Origin: a candidate division WWE3 bacterium CSP1-7
Lineage (GTDB): Bacteria > Patescibacteriota > WWE3 > 9FT-COMBO-53-11
Direction of reading: 5' to 3'
DNA length: 35,968 nucleotides
Assembly (NCBI GenBank): GCA_001443395.1
Contig: LDXK01000005.1
Coordinates: 1-35,968 of the forward strand
A program made the position numbers and the translations under genes. The notes under the pieces are model-generated. The model was not told the DNA's origin, did not search any database, and saw only the letters and a list, made by a program, of their open reading frames with translations. How positions within the stretch are numbered: position 1 is the first letter of the stretch; the number at the start of each line of letters is the position of its first letter. Shown in pieces: positions 33,813 to 35,968 of this stretch.

Positions 33813-33832
33813 ATAGTATACTATATATAGTA
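33813..33832. repeat. 20-bp AT-rich palindromic box, copy 2
   Basis: Identical to 27531-27550; lies between two convergent gene ends. Confidence 0.8.
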
Positions 33833-33842
33833 AAACAGACCT

Positions 33843-35948
33843 CTACCTCTTGAAAGATTCTTTGAAGGTTAAAAAGATAAACGGTAGGAGCGCCAGCTGG
33901 CGCCTAATTCTCCATGACTGTTTCGGTTGTTTTTTGACCAACCGATAGAGCCATTCAAAACCTAATTCCCGAATCTTTTCCGGAGCCCGTTTTTGCACCC
34001 CGGCGGCGAAGTCAAGCGCTCCTCCCACCCCCATTGCCACCTTCACGTTGAGCTTCGGCAAATTCCGTTTGATCCATTTCTCCTGCTTCCCGTGACCGTA
34101 GGCCACAAAAAGCAGATCGATCGACTGCTTGGCCGACCGGTTAATTAGTTGAACGGTTTTGGCATCGTTTTCCGGCGAATCATCAGCAATTAGAGTACCG
34201 GCGACTTTGAGCTTGGGATAGCGGCGCTTGAGTTCCCTGGCCGCTCTTTCCGCGGAGTGTAAACCGGCTGATCCTTCCAACAGAAAAATCTGACCGCCGC
34301 GCCGTGCCGCCTCCTCGCAGAGGCGTAAAAAGAGGTCCGTACCAGCGACCCGCTCCTTAAGTGGAGTTCCCCAAATGCGGGACGCCCAAACCAGACCAAC
34401 CGTATCGGGAACCGCAAGGTCAGCCTGGTTCAATATCCGAGTAAATTCTTTATCCTGATGGGCAGCGATGATCATCTCGGAGTTTGGGGTAACCACATAC
34501 CGTCCTCGCTGCACTCGGTTGTAATTTGCTGTCGCAAAGTAAGCCCTTCGATCGGCTTTAAAGAAATCCCTTACCCGCTCCACCGCCTCATTCATCGTCA
34601 CATTGTCAACCTTGATCCCCAAAACATCCAACTTCGACGTATTGGTTATTACTTCCAACTTGGCTTGATACCAACAAGCCACCGCCAAGCCCATCAAAAC
34701 CCACGTAAACTCCAAGCCGTAGTGGGCGTGGAAGATATTGGAAAAGAGCAGGGCGACATAGGCCGCGAGCAAACCCGCAATGCGCCATTTCCAAACGTTT
34801 TCGCGCTTCAGTCTATCGAAAAGACGATAAAGAAAGTAAATTACGACCGTCGCCAGAAAAAGGTTTGCCGCCAAACCCAGTATCCCCATCTCCCCCAACC
34901 AAGTAAGGAGGATCGAATGGGAATAGCAGGCCGGGCTTCCCGGATTTAGAACACTGCGGCAGTAGGGCTCAAAGTTTCCGACCCCCACTCCAAACAACGG
35001 ATTCTTGATAAACATCTGCCCGGAGTCCTGGACGTAGGTCAAGCGGTTCAGGGTCGATCCCAAGCGATTGGTGACGGTAAAGAAAATTCCTAACCCCAAG
35101 ACCGCGACCGCGACGGTGATAATCGCGACCCTAATAACCCGCGGATTGAATCGATCCTTCAGATAGAGATAGGCAAAAAGCCCCACTCCGGCGAGTAGTC
35201 CCAGGGCAGCGCTCCGAGAGACCGCCATCAGAAAGTAGAGAGAGGAAACAGCCAGCAGCATCCCAATCAACACCCGCCGCAGGTCCTCTCTCTTCCAGCT
35301 CAGGAACCAACCAAACCCCAGAATTAGGAAAATCCCGACGAAGGATGCTCCGGTAGTGACGTCAATAAAGGTGGAAGGCGGCCGCAGGAAGTGGTCGAGC
35401 ATCCCGATATCCCAACGGGCCCGCCAACTTATCAGGCCGTAGAGGGACTGGAGAAAGGTATCGGCCGGGAGAGTCTTCGCCGAAAACCACCGTTCAAAAA
35501 ATAGGGTCGGATCTCCCCCCAGAGCATAGTGGAAAAACTGCCAGATACCAAGCAGGGCCACGGTGGCGGAGCCGATTCCCCACCCCCAAACCAGCCGCGC
35601 CAATCCTCGCTCGCTTCGCACGCTCCAGATGATCAAGTAAAAGAGGCCGATCATCAGCAGATGGAAAACCACGACCTGAAAGCTCTGGAACCGGTCGAAA
35701 GAGAAGATAATTGAGAGAATCTCCGTGGAAACCACCGCCGCCAGGGCCGGAAAAAGAAAAGTCGGGGTGGGGGTTAAGCGTGTCTTGAGAAGAAGCGCCA
35801 GACCGACGATCGGGAGAAGGATCAGAGAGATTTTCAAAGAAAAATCCAGAGAGGGAACAAAGATGTTCAGGCGCTCGAAGATTGTCGAAAAGACCAGCAA
35901 AGCCAGGAGCCATGAGCCAGGAGCCCGAAGACTAGAAAATTGAGCCAT
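33843..35948 (-). CDS. O-antigen ligase/polymerase-like membrane domain fused to a WecB/TagA/CpsF glycosyltransferase
   Basis: Multi-TM region with SRSA, NPLFGVGVGNF, YSHSILL..LGEMGILG; C-terminal VVTPN, ERVAGTDL, G.GKQEKW, GVGGALDF, EWLYRL. Confidence 0.88.
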   Translation of the reverse strand: MAQFSSLRAPGSWLLALLVFSTIFERLNIFVPSLDFSLKISLILLPIVGLALLLKTRLTPTPTFLFPALAAVVSTEILSIIFSFDRFQSFQVVVFHLLMIGLFYLIIWSVRSERGLARLVWGWGIGSATVALLGIWQFFHYALGGDPTLFFERWFSAKTLPADTFLQSLYGLISWRARWDIGMLDHFLRPPSTFIDVTTGASFVGIFLILGFGWFLSWKREDLRRVLIGMLLAVSSLYFLMAVSRSAALGLLAGVGLFAYLYLKDRFNPRVIRVAIITVAVAVLGLGIFFTVTNRLGSTLNRLTYVQDSGQMFIKNPLFGVGVGNFEPYCRSVLNPGSPACYSHSILLTWLGEMGILGLAANLFLATVVIYFLYRLFDRLKRENVWKWRIAGLLAAYVALLFSNIFHAHYGLEFTWVLMGLAVACWYQAKLEVITNTSKLDVLGIKVDNVTMNEAVERVRDFFKADRRAYFATANYNRVQRGRYVVTPNSEMIIAAHQDKEFTRILNQADLAVPDTVGLVWASRIWGTPLKERVAGTDLFLRLCEEAARRGGQIFLLEGSAGLHSAERAARELKRRYPKLKVAGTLIADDSPENDAKTVQLINRSAKQSIDLLFVAYGHGKQEKWIKRNLPKLNVKVAMGVGGALDFAAGVQKRAPEKIRELGFEWLYRLVKKQPKQSWRIRRQLALLPFIFLTFKESFKR
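34497..34544 (+). repeat. Hairpin element (alpha/TTGTAATT module) inside the TagA domain
   Basis: ataccgtcctcgctgcactcggttgtaatt-tgc..gca-aagtaagc; 25/30 match to the reverse complement of 5081-5110. Confidence 0.7.
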
Positions 35949-35968
35949 ACGTTGTATTCTATCGCGTC

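Noticed and set aside
363-35943. Numerous antisense and nested ORFs in the track (e.g. 363-1118, 9777-10499, 25384-26019, 27922-28548)
   Set aside because: Shadow frames of well-supported genes, with no motifs or initiation signals.
1-35968. CRISPR array
   Set aside because: Repeats are dispersed or are short tandem units; there is no regular repeat-spacer periodicity and no cas gene.
1-35968. Alternative genetic code (UGA = Gly, code 25)
   Set aside because: TGA acts as the stop of priA, rplJ, the radical SAM gene and others, and conserved genes have no internal TGA.

Overview
Chromosomal window, genetic code 11, with the gene content and style of a Patescibacteria/CPR bacterium (inference, possibly the Microgenomates/WWE3 side). 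Core genes: dprA, a helicase-degenerate priA, def, fmt, a tRNA cluster (Thr-TGT, Tyr, Thr-GGT, rpmG, Trp), rpmB, secE-nusG-rplK-rplA-rplJ-rplL, and glycogen/alpha-glucan genes (glgA, two GH57, glgP). Accessory genes include large surface proteins (two with peptidase-G2/IMC-like domains, one PA14 protein), two paralogous lipoproteins and small membrane proteins. Two observations stand out. (1) A candidate RiPP locus sits inside the glycogen cluster: a 64-aa precursor whose five Tyr all fall in Tyr-X-Asp/Asn motifs, a radical SAM/SPASM enzyme, and a transglutaminase-like Cys protease. (2) A dense family of small modular hairpin elements (about 15 copies in 36 kb) has covarying stems and conserved single-stranded tags. 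Copies are inserted in frame in ribosomal protein L10, a DUF1003 protein and a TagA-type glycosyltransferase, and they appear to have fragmented a tRNA-Thr remnant. Also seen: a 6S-like rod-shaped ncRNA, a four-helix-bundle gene bracketed by inverted 9-mer arrays, an rpmG stop codon overlapping tRNA-Trp, and a split between apparently leaderless core genes and SD-led accessory genes. All family calls come from motif recognition by eye; no searches were run.
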